Positions 35,477 to 45,437 of a stretch of 64,000 nt of DNA are shown piece by piece. Positions within the stretch are counted from its first letter, which is position 1. Every line of letters begins with the position of its first letter. This DNA is from Piromyces finnis finn. Its lineage: Eukaryota; Fungi; Neocallimastigomycota. Location: positions 613,626-677,625 of the forward strand of contig MCFH01000027.1 in the NCBI GenBank assembly GCA_002104945.1, written 5' to 3'. The notes beneath the pieces are model-generated. The model was given only the letters and a program-made list of their open reading frames with translations, ran no database searches and was not told where the DNA came from. Position numbers and translations under genes: made by a program.

Positions 35477-35895
35477 TGATATAAAAATAATATGTGACTT
35501 GAACATATTATTATATTAGTAATTTTTCCTAATATTAAATTTATATAGATTTATTATAATATTAATTATTTCTACAATGTATAAGAATATAATGTAAATG
35601 TACGACAAATGTAATATCATGTAATGTAAAAGAGTATTGTAAATGAATGATCCATATAGTTCCAGCCTTATAATTGGACAATTAATTATTAAGTAAGCCT
35701 CATTAGTATAAATAGATTAGAATAAATATTATTAAAAAGGGCTTCTTGTTTTAGTTAGAATTTTAATATTTGACAACGACAGAACGTTTTAGTATTTAGA
35801 CAGAATAGAAATATTGGAACGTTATAAATAAAATTATTAATAAAATATATATTAATTAAAGTTTAATTCTTTCTACATAAAATTAACCCGTATCA
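35477..35895 (+). repeat. 5' LTR (419 bp)
   Basis: Direct repeat of 39278-39684 with TG...CA ends. Carries a 12-bp extra segment relative to the 3' LTR. Confidence 0.95.
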
Positions 35896-35898
35896 ACT

Positions 35899-35917
35899 TG
35901 GTGGAGATATCGGGGAT
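35899..35917 (+). promoter_or_regulatory. Primer-binding site, complementary to a tRNA-Ala-type 3' end
   Basis: TGGTGGAGATATCGGGGAT, 3 nt after the 5' LTR. TGGTGGAG is the complement of the CUCCACCA end of tRNA-Ala. Confidence 0.8.
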
Positions 35918-36337
35918 AGAAAGAATAGTGTTTTTCGATTTTTTTTTAAAAAAAAAAAAAAGTTTTATTGTTATTTTCTTCCTTTACTACTTAGAAGTAG
36001 AAAAGGATATAAAAAGTTATTATTCTTTTAATAATATAATATAATTAAGTAGTTTATACTTGACAGCTACAACGCTTGCGTATAAATTATTAAAGTTTAG
36101 TATATTTACTCCAGTTATTTATTGAGGTTATTTAAGAGTTGGTAACTACCATATCAGTTCTTAAATATTCATTAGGGGAGTAGAGCGCTTCCGGCAGCTA
36201 TTAAAGAAATATCACCATTCTAACCCACTGTTAGAATAAAGTATTTATTAGTGAGGGCCCGAAGTGGAGGTCGAAAACTAAACTTGATAAATAAAATATA
36301 TTAAATAATTAGTTTGTTATATTATTTTCAGTTAAAT

Positions 36338-36381
<44 letters not shown>

Positions 36382-36429
36382 TGTTTACTCATTAATACCT
36401 AACCCTTTAAATTTCAGTAAATTTTTGCT

Positions 36430-37377
36430 ATGGCTAATAGATCTTCGTATTATAGACTTCCTATCTTGGACAAAACCCATTGCAACGAAGATGTGTGGAA
36501 ACGTCAGATGGAAGCATGGTTTTCTAGAGAAGGCATTGTTGATGAGAATGAAAAGTTCGATACCATTGTCGGTTGTATAGATTTCCCAGAAATTGTTGAT
36601 GAACTAATTAGGTTTGAACGCATGTGGAACAGGCAACCCTCTTTGGATGAATGTATGCCATCAATTAGGAATAGGTTAGCCTATTGGAACAACAAACAGG
36701 ATGGTTTTCGCCGATTAAAGATTATGGTCATTCGTCCTGGAGAAACAGTGGATGAATTCAATAATAGGTTTTTGGACCTTTACCATTCTTTGGATGCGGA
36801 ATATCGCCCCAGAGTTTCTGTGTACGACTATATGCATGCTATCCGTAGTCGTCCAGAATTACAACATGCCCTCACCATTCGCGAGCCCGCAACTATTGAT
36901 GAGGCTTGCCAAACTGCAAAGAACCATGAATACTGGAAAGAATACGCCTCTTATTCCAGTAGCTTTACTCCTGGTTATAATCCTCATGGTGCTTATACAC
37001 CACAGTATCGTCCGATGGATAGTCATTATTCCAATCCTAACCCTTATTCTTATGGATATTCCAATAATTCCAGTTACAATTATCCCTCAACAACGGTTGC
37101 TCCTGTCCAGGCTCCTGGACCTAGTTACTCAGATCCTTATTTCAACAACAGGCCTCCTGCACCAATGAGTGATGGTTATGCCACTTATCATCAATCTGAA
37201 TATTACACTCCTTATCCTGCTTATAATCCTCCAAATCAGTATCAAAACAGGTATAATTCATCTTACAATCAGCCTAGGAATACCCCTCATGCGTCTGGTA
37301 ACTTTTCCCAAAAAGTGTGTTATCGCTGCCATCAACCAGGACACCTCCAAAAAGACAGTGGTCGTTTAAATCACTAA
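36430..37377 (+). CDS. gag: Gag (capsid-like domain, Pro/Tyr-rich linker, zinc knuckle)
   Basis: 315-aa ORF after the PBS. The knuckle CYRCHQPGHLQKDS has Ser at the last Cys position. Confidence 0.88.
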   Translation: MANRSSYYRLPILDKTHCNEDVWKRQMEAWFSREGIVDENEKFDTIVGCIDFPEIVDELIRFERMWNRQPSLDECMPSIRNRLAYWNNKQDGFRRLKIMVIRPGETVDEFNNRFLDLYHSLDAEYRPRVSVYDYMHAIRSRPELQHALTIREPATIDEACQTAKNHEYWKEYASYSSSFTPGYNPHGAYTPQYRPMDSHYSNPNPYSYGYSNNSSYNYPSTTVAPVQAPGPSYSDPYFNNRPPAPMSDGYATYHQSEYYTPYPAYNPPNQYQNRYNSSYNQPRNTPHASGNFSQKVCYRCHQPGHLQKDSGRLNH

Positions 37378-37413
37378 ATGGAGGTCGATCCACCTCCAGT
37401 AACCAAATGGGTC
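37365..37413 (+). promoter_or_regulatory. -1 programmed ribosomal frameshift signal
   Basis: T TTA AAT heptamer in gag frame, 7-nt spacer, stem TGGAGGT/ACCTCCA, and loop GATCC able to pair with GGGTC. Confidence 0.78.
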
Positions 37414-38432
37414 ACTCACCATCGGAATCTACGGTCAAAAAGGATATAATTGCTGTAGCTAAAAGGAAATTAGACCCTACAGATGAGGAGGAATCAGCTC
37501 AAACGAAGAGACGCAACTCGCTCACCTCCTCGAATTCTGATACTACTACTCCTCCTACATCTCCGGTGAGCTCACAACCATCTCAGGCACGCCCCCAGGC
37601 GAATCTTCCCTCTTCAAAAAATTTTCAGGAAAATAACCACAATGGTGCAGCGGGCACTGTCTCGAACCCCCAGTCCCCAGGTCATGCGTTCGAATCCCCC
37701 TCGTTCCCAAACGTAAGTAGTGTTGAAATGGATTTTGAACAAACTCAGGCACCTCCAGATGTCCGTAAGTCCGAGAGCCATGTTAAATCTGTATCTTTTA
37801 AAAATGTTTCCAAGCCGAAAAGTGAAAAGAAAAGTAAAAGTCCTATTACTTCCTCTCCTAATATCGGAAGCGCACTTGTACAGCCCTTAGGCCCAAAAGA
37901 GAAAACTATACAAGTCATGAAGTTATCTCAAGGGACAAATAGATATGATATCTGCGAAGACTTGAAAAATACTAAGGCTAATGTGACTTTCGCCCAACTC
38001 TTGGAATTATCCAACCAATCTCGTATGGATCTTGCCAACAACTTAAAGAAGGAACGTGTTCCCTCTAGCTCTATTGTTATGGGTATGGTCGAACAGGATA
38101 ATAAGCCGCTGGAACTACAAGTCGTTAATAATCCTCATCACGACTATGTGTCGGGTGCCGTAAAAGACCACGACATTGCAGTAGTTCATGCCTTACTGAA
38201 TGGACATAAGGCTTTTCTTTTAGTTGATTCCTGCAGTAATATTAACTTGGTTTCGAGGAAATTCTTGTTAGATAATATAAACGATTTCAAAATTGAAGGC
38301 CAAGTCTACAGCAAAATTCAACAGGCTATGGCTGATGATAACCTTCGTACCTTTGATTTGGTTGAACTCAATGTGTGTATTGGTTCTCTTACCTTTCCGG
38401 TCCTATTCCGCATTTGTGTCAAGAAACTTTAG
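37365..38432 (+). CDS. pol: Truncated pol (-1 frame): spacer plus retropepsin-type protease
   Basis: FLLVDSCSNINLVS resembles the D(S/T)G active-site motif. The ORF ends at the deletion junction near 38420. Confidence 0.78.
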   Translation, partial: FKSLNGGRSTSSNQMGHSPSESTVKKDIIAVAKRKLDPTDEEESAQTKRRNSLTSSNSDTTTPPTSPVSSQPSQARPQANLPSSKNFQENNHNGAAGTVSNPQSPGHAFESPSFPNVSSVEMDFEQTQAPPDVRKSESHVKSVSFKNVSKPKSEKKSKSPITSSPNIGSALVQPLGPKEKTIQVMKLSQGTNRYDICEDLKNTKANVTFAQLLELSNQSRMDLANNLKKERVPSSSIVMGMVEQDNKPLELQVVNNPHHDYVSGAVKDHDIAVVHALLNGHKAFLLVDSCSNINLVSRKFLLDNINDFKIEGQVYSKIQQAMADDNLRTFDLVELNVCIGSLTFPVLFRICVKKL

Positions 38433-38770
38433 GAAGATCCACAGAAGAAATTATAATGGAAAGGTTCGTGGATCACGCTAAATGGATAAGGAAGGCGGCT
38501 TCAAAAATGCTAGGTACTCTAAAGTATTGGGAAGCTAGAAGACAAAGTAAAATAAGCATGGATCATAAGGAAGAATACAAAATAGGCGATCTAGTCAAAT
38601 TAAGGAATTTCAACAGAACAAAATTGGACCCATATTTTAAAGGACCTTATCAAATCTTAGATATCGCCTGGAATACAGTCAAGCTCAAAGACTACAATAC
38701 GGGACAAGAACTAACCAGGTATACACATATGAAGAATATCCTCCCTTATAAAGAAAATATTTCGTTATGA
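38420..38770 (+). pseudogene. Integrase C-terminal GPY/F remnant
   Basis: YKIGDLVKLR...KLDPYFKGPYQI...HMKNILPY is the typical Ty3/gypsy integrase tail. Confidence 0.82.
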
Positions 38771-39263
38771 GAGACGACACTTTATTTAAAATTTATGATA
38801 TTTTACAAATTAGATATGTTTAAACATATATATATATATAAAAAAAAAAAAAAAAAAAAAAATAATTAATTTGAAATTTCGAAATTGAAATTGAAAAAGT
38901 CAAAAAGGGATTTCGAATTTCGAAAAGTCGATTAACTCCTGTTCGACCTTGCTAAACCTCGAGTAGCCTACCGTAGATTATTGAGAATAATAATAAATAA
39001 TAATTATAATAATAGTAAATAATAATAATAATAACAATAATAATTAGTTTAATTAGTAATTAGTATATATAAATAATCATAATAATAATTAAAAAAAAAA
39101 AAAAAAAAAAAAATTTTATTAGTATTTTTTTTCAATTTTTTTTTCAATTTTTTTCAATTTTTTTTAATTTTAGAAATTTAGTTTTATAACCAGAAAAATT
39201 AATATTATAATCAGATACGCTCAGTAAAAATTTTGTATCTTAAATTATACTTCGCTCTCCTAT

Positions 39264-39273
39264 AGCGAGGGGA
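39264..39273 (+). promoter_or_regulatory. Polypurine tract
   Basis: AGCGAGGGGA, 4 nt upstream of the 3' LTR. Confidence 0.65.
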
Positions 39274-39277
39274 TTTT

Positions 39278-39684
39278 TGATATAAAAATAATATGTGACT
39301 TGAACATATTATTATATTAGTAATTTTTCCTAATATTAAATTTATATAGATTTATTATAATATTAATTATTTCTACAATGTATAAGAATATAATGTAAAT
39401 GTACGACAAATGTAATATCATGTAATGTAAAGGAATAATGTAGATGTAGAATCCATATAGTTCCAGCCTTATAATTGGACAATTAATTATTAAGTAAGCC
39501 TCATTAGTATAAATAGATTAGAATAAATATTATTAAAAAGGGCTTCTTGTTTTAGTTAGAATTTTAATATTTGACAATGACAGAAAGTTTTAGTATTTAG
39601 ACAGAATAGAAATATTGGAACGTTATAAATAAAATATATATTAATTAAAGTTTAATTCTTTCTACATAAAATTAACCCGTATCA
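39278..39684 (+). repeat. 3' LTR (407 bp)
   Basis: Direct repeat of 35477-35895. Confidence 0.95.
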
Positions 39685-39698
39685 AACTATATGACACG

Positions 39699-39795
39699 TG
39701 TATTGAAATGTATTGAAACGTATTGAAACGTGGTTGTATGTATTGTATTTACTTAGATATTTAAGCCACAATGTAAATATATGTATAAATACATA
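39699..39795. repeat. Fragment of a dispersed repeat shared with 58910-59075
   Basis: Shared collinear blocks TGTATTGAAATGTATT(G/T)AAACGTATT and TAAGCCACAATGTAAAT...GTATAAATACAT. Confidence 0.65.
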
Positions 39796-40775
39796 TAGTA
39801 ATGATATAATTATAAAACCTGAATTAACAACTCCTAATAAAAATAATTCATTATTGTATAGCTTATGGTTAGCTTGTTTATAATATTTTTATTATTAAAA
39901 AAAAAAAAGGTATTGATGTGTTATTTCAAAAAAAGAAAAAAAAGAAATATTTATCAATATTAATATAAATATAACATAAAGCTAGAGAGAAAAAATTAAT
40001 TTTGTATTTGCTTTTCAAAGTCATTATTTATATATTTTTCTTAGTAATAATATAATTATTGATTAACATAGTTTAATATCAGTATAACTATTATTTTTTT
40101 ATTATTCATTTCATTTATTTATTATTATTTTATAATATATAAAGGATAAAAATATAATATTCTATAGATATTTATAGAATTCAAATAAAGAAAAAAATAA
40201 AATAAACTTTGTTAATTATTAATTATATCTTAAAATATATTATTTTTTAATGTTTTTAATCCATTTTTTTTTACAATATATATATTTTAATAAAATAATT
40301 AAAAATTTGTATTATATATAAAATACAAATTTTTAGGTATTCTTATGACAAATAATTCATTAATTCATTATCATTATGTAATAATACTATTTTATATGGT
40401 ACCATTTGTATTTTTTCCTTTATAAATATTCTCTCTTTTTTATTAATATTAATATTAATATTTCATATTTAAATCTAAAAAAAGGAAAAAAAAAAAAAAA
40501 GTATTACAATAGATATTTAATTAAAAGATTTTTAATATATATATCCTTTTTCCTTATGAAAAAAAAACATTATTCAATAAAATTCATTACTTTAAAATAA
40601 GATAGTAATTAAAGTTTTGATATCAAATATTTAGTAATAAGAAAAGAAATATTACATATATTATAAAGAAGTCGATAATTTATTATATAAAACGAAAATA
40701 TAGAAAAAAAAAAAATAATTATTATAGTGTCGTACCAACATTTCAATTTCACTTTTAAAATAAAACAGGATATAT

Positions 40776-43578
40776 ATGGAGGTGGTAGAAGAAGAGGGAA
40801 AAGTTGAATTAGATAATGTAATTCAAGATAGCATATCTAATAATGAAATTACATTTGATGAAAATGGTCAATATGAAGCAATAAATGAAATAAATGAAAA
40901 TACTACATCTTTAACAGAATTAGATAAAATAGTTGTACCAGGAAATAATATCATGATGCAAATTGAAGAAGAAGAAAATGGAATTATTGAAAATAATAAT
41001 GATATTGAAATTATAGAAAACAATGATGTAAATGATAACGATATTATCCATGAAAATGAAAATGAAAATGAAAATGAAAATGAAAATGAAAATGAAAATG
41101 AAAATGAAAATGATGAAAATCTTAATCGTAACAATAATGATGGGGATAACGATGATAATACTGATAATGATACTCAAAATCATTCAATAAATCATGTTGA
41201 AATAATTAGTAACTCCATTGGAAATTTATCTTTATCCTCTAGTAAAGAAAACTCAAGTATTGATAAACAGAGTAAACCTCATTCAGATAATGATACCTTA
41301 GGTATTGATGAAGAGAATATGAAATCCTCTAATAAAATTTCCTCTATTTTTAATTATACCAGTATTTATTCTAGTATTAATGCCAAAAATGATTCATTTG
41401 ATGAAAAGATGTATAATCTTAATCAACATATAGAAAAGAATAAAAAAGAGAAATTAAATACATCATATGAACAAAAAGAAGAAGTGTCAACAGTTTTCGA
41501 AAAAAAGGATAATATAAATTTAGCCACACTTACTAAAGATAATTTTTTAGATATACTAAATGGAATGGGTTATGAAGATATTTCAAAATTAAAAAATAAA
41601 TTAAGTGAAATTGGAATTTATAATCAATTTAATGACATTTTATTTGAAAAACAAAATAAGATTATTGAAACGTTAATTGAACATAAGCAAGAATTGGAAA
41701 GAAAAATTCATTTTCAAAATGAGGAAATTCAAAAATTAAGAAATAGTGTAGAATGTTATTATAATAAAATGCAATTTGTACGAAAAAAAACACTTAATGA
41801 TATTTGTCACCGATGTGGTATTTCATTTGATTCATTGGGTTATCCTCATCGAGTTTCTGTATTTGGAAGACCCATTACCAAAAAAGAAATAGAAGAAAAA
41901 ACTAGAATTCAAAGTAGTCTTTTAGAAAGTGGATTAAAATCAAAGCCAATTGTTGAACAAGAAATTAATACAGGACCATTTGAGTAAGTTTTTTTTTGTT
42001 GTTGTTGTTTTTTAATAAAAAAAAAAATAAATAATATAAATAATAAATATAAATAACTTTAAATATAATAATAATGATGATGATGATGATGATGATAATG
42101 ATAAATTTATAATATATGGTTATAGTTTTTTTATATAATAGAAATGAAAATAAATTTTCAGTTTAAATCATTTATTTTTTTTAAAAAAATTTTTATCACT
42201 AATAATTAAAATTTTAAACATATATATTATAAATAATTATAAAATATGGTACATCTAAAATTATTCATTACCTATGATAATAATTAAACGAAAAAAATAA
42301 ATTCATTACCTATGATACTAATTAAACGAAAAAAATAAATTCATTACCTATGATACTAATTAAATGAAAAAAAAAGAGTATTGAACGAAAATTTCTTTAC
42401 AAAAAACGAAAGAAATCCACATATTGAAGATTATAATGAGAGTTATAATCGTATTAAGGAACAACAAGCAATAAATATGTTAAAATCCATGACAGTGAAT
42501 GAAAAAATTATATTATTAACAAAACAAATTAATAATGCAGAATTTACAGTTCGAAGTTGTATTAATGCTTTAATGGAAGAACAAAGAAGGTCATCACAAA
42601 TCAAAGCAAAATATGAAAAAGTTGTGGAATTACTTCAAAATATGGATTATGATCAAAAGGTAAAAAAAACAACAAATAATATAAATCCACATCATATTAA
42701 TGGTGTCTATCCAATTTGTGATAATAAAGAATTAGTGGATACACTTTCCAAAAATATCAATGATAATCCATATCTAAATCTTATGGAGAAATTTTCTACG
42801 ATGAAACCTAATTATCTTGATAAAAATCCACCAATAAATAAACGGACGTCAAACGGTATGACTGATTTAAAAGAAAATGATTCAAAAAATATACCGGTTA
42901 TTTATGTGGAAGAAAAAACAAATTCGTTAAATCTAGAATTATTAGAATATAAATTAGAAACCTTAAATATATTAAGTAAAATATGTCTTCATGATCCTCC
43001 ACCACCACCACTAACGAATGAGGATTATATTAATAGTGAAAGTATCAATGATAGTAGTCAAATTGTCAATGAAATAGAAAATATTTTTAAAAATGATAAT
43101 AAAGAAAATACAGCGGTAAATGATAATGATAAGAAGGATAACAATGAAAATAAAACAACACATGATACCTCAAAAAAAAATGGTATAAATGAACAACAAA
43201 AAAATATAAATATTATTAATGAAATATTAAATATTCAAGAAGAAAATCATCAACAACAATCAAATAATAATACTAACAATAATATATCGAAAACAAGAAA
43301 TCGCACCAATAGTCCATTAAATACCAACTTTAAAAAATTAGATTTGAAATTTTCAAGTGATTGTCAATCCCTTTTTACCCATAGACCAATATCAGAATCT
43401 AAAGAAAAATTAGGTACAAGAGTTTTAACACCGAAATCATCAACAAAGAATAAAAAATCCATAGATCATCTATACCGAAATATAGATAAATCAAAGTAAG
43501 TTTTTTTTTATTTATTTTCTTTATATCTATTTATATGTATATATCTTACTATCATTAATAATAGTAGTAGAGGTTTTT

Positions 43579-43609
<31 letters not shown>

Positions 43610-43828
43610 TTTTTATTTTATCTTTATATTATTATAAAAAATCTAAATAATTTTTTTTTAACTATATATTTTATATTGAAAAAAAAAAAAAGACCACAAC
43701 CTGTAAAGATAAAATTACCATCTCTATCGAATTATGAAAATAAACTAAAAACAAATTTAATAAAAAATAGTGCTAAACAAAAAAAGAAGTCATACTATCA
43801 ATCTAAAGTCATTATTGATAAAATATAA
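40776..43828 (+). CDS. Hypothetical coiled-coil protein with acidic/Asn-rich regions, 3 exons, ~820 aa
   Basis: Exons 40776-41983, 42377-43495 and 43693-43828 join in frame via two GTAAGT...AAG introns. (GAAAAT)n encodes an (EN)n tract. Confidence 0.68.
42263..42376 (+). repeat. 3 x 38-bp tandem repeat at an intron 3' end
   Basis: Unit ATTCATTACCTATGATACTAATTAAACGAAAAAAATAA. The third unit ends in the acceptor AG. Confidence 0.9.
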
Positions 43829-45437
43829 TAGTTCTTTTTATTTTAGTATTTATTTATAATTTTAATTATAATAACAAAATACATTTATCTTATTCTCTTT
43901 TTTAAGAAAAAAAAAATATATTAATATTACTATACTAAATATCCATTAAAAATTATATAAATCATAATTATAATCAAAATAATAAATAATTTTTAAATTA
44001 TTTATAAATACTAGTGGTGTATATAGATAACATAAAAAAATAAATTATTTTGTATATATTAAATAGAACTATATTGAAAATAATGATAATAATAATAAAA
44101 TAGTTATATTCAAAAAAAAAAGTTATCTTTTAAAAACCTAAATGTTTAACTTTTTCTTTTTGAACTTTATTAGTCAATATTGAAAATAAAAATTAATGAT
44201 ATGTCTACTGTTCCTCATATAAAAGTAAAAAAGGAAAAAAGTTAAAGACCTCAAACACCAAAACAACACAAACTTTGTATTTATAATCATTAGATCTTTT
44301 ATCTTATAATTTATTGAATATATTTTATTGTATAATAAATGTAATGGAATTAATATATAATTATTATAAATTCAAGGTTTGAAAATTATTTTTATTTGTT
44401 TGATAGTTTTATATATATATATATTTATACTACAAAAATTACCTTTTTTTTTTTTTTTTTAATGGATCACATTTAAACCTTTTAAAGTTCATTTTAATTC
44501 TTTTTTCCTTGGTATTTTTTTTATTTATTTTTATTTCTTAATGTATTTTTCCTTTCTTTTTAGTGACCAATTTTTATTACTTAAATAGGTATCAAAAGAA
44601 AAAATATTTTTTTCATTTGTTTTTCTCTTTAATATATCTCTTCCTTTTTTTTTTTTTTTATTTATTTTCTTTTATTTTTTTTTATATGACTTTTTATTTC
44701 TATATTAATAAATAACAATTAAATGCAGTTATTAATATATTTATTATTATTTATTATTATTATTGTTTTATGTATTTTTATATTTTATATTATATATATC
44801 TAAAATATATAATATAAATATTCTATTTTATCATATTATATATATTTAAAATATATATATATATTTCTATTTTTTCTATTATTTTTATTCTGTTATTCTA
44901 TTTATTATTTATTATTATTTATTATTATTATTATTAAATTATTATTATTATTTATTATTATTATTAAATTATTAATTTATATAAATACTAAGTCTTTTTA
45001 AATATACATTTTTAAATATTATTTTAAAAAAATATGAATTATCTATTCGAAATTTAAATTTCAAATGAGGTTAATAAAAAATAACTTTTCTTTTTTCATT
45101 AGTAAAAAAAAAAAAAGTTTTTATTATTTTTTAATATTAAAAAATACTGATAATAATTATTGTTCAATTTGTTAAAAAAAAAAAATTGGTCAACTTTTTA
45201 ATTTTCAGTATTTTCTCTTTTTTTTTTAATGATAAAATAGTTTATATTGAATATAATGCAATTTTTTCTTAATGCAATTTTTCTTCATTTGTATTATATT
45301 GATATAATTATTTTATCCAGTCTATAGAATTGGTATATTAAAGATTTTGTTTTTTAATATCAAAATTTTATTTTATTATATTTTTTTTTAAAATAAAAAA
45401 GAATATCTAGTTTATTTTATTTTATTTCAACATTCAA

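Larger units (their letters stand above)
35477..39684 (+). mobile_element. Internally deleted (non-autonomous) Ty3/gypsy LTR retrotransposon
   Basis: Two TGATA...TATCA LTRs, 4-bp TSD AACT (35473-35476 and 39685-39688), PBS, PPT, gag, protease and the integrase GPY/F tail. RT, RNase H and the integrase core are absent. Confidence 0.94.

Noticed and set aside
36752-37752. Extra ORFs overlapping gag/pol (36752-37168, 37169-37369, 37555-37752)
   Set aside because: Expected by chance in the GC-richer retroelement body, with no motifs.
42263-42376. CRISPR-like array (also 58131-58248 and 57110-57232)
   Set aside because: The units are contiguous with no unique spacers, there are no cas genes, and the context is eukaryotic.
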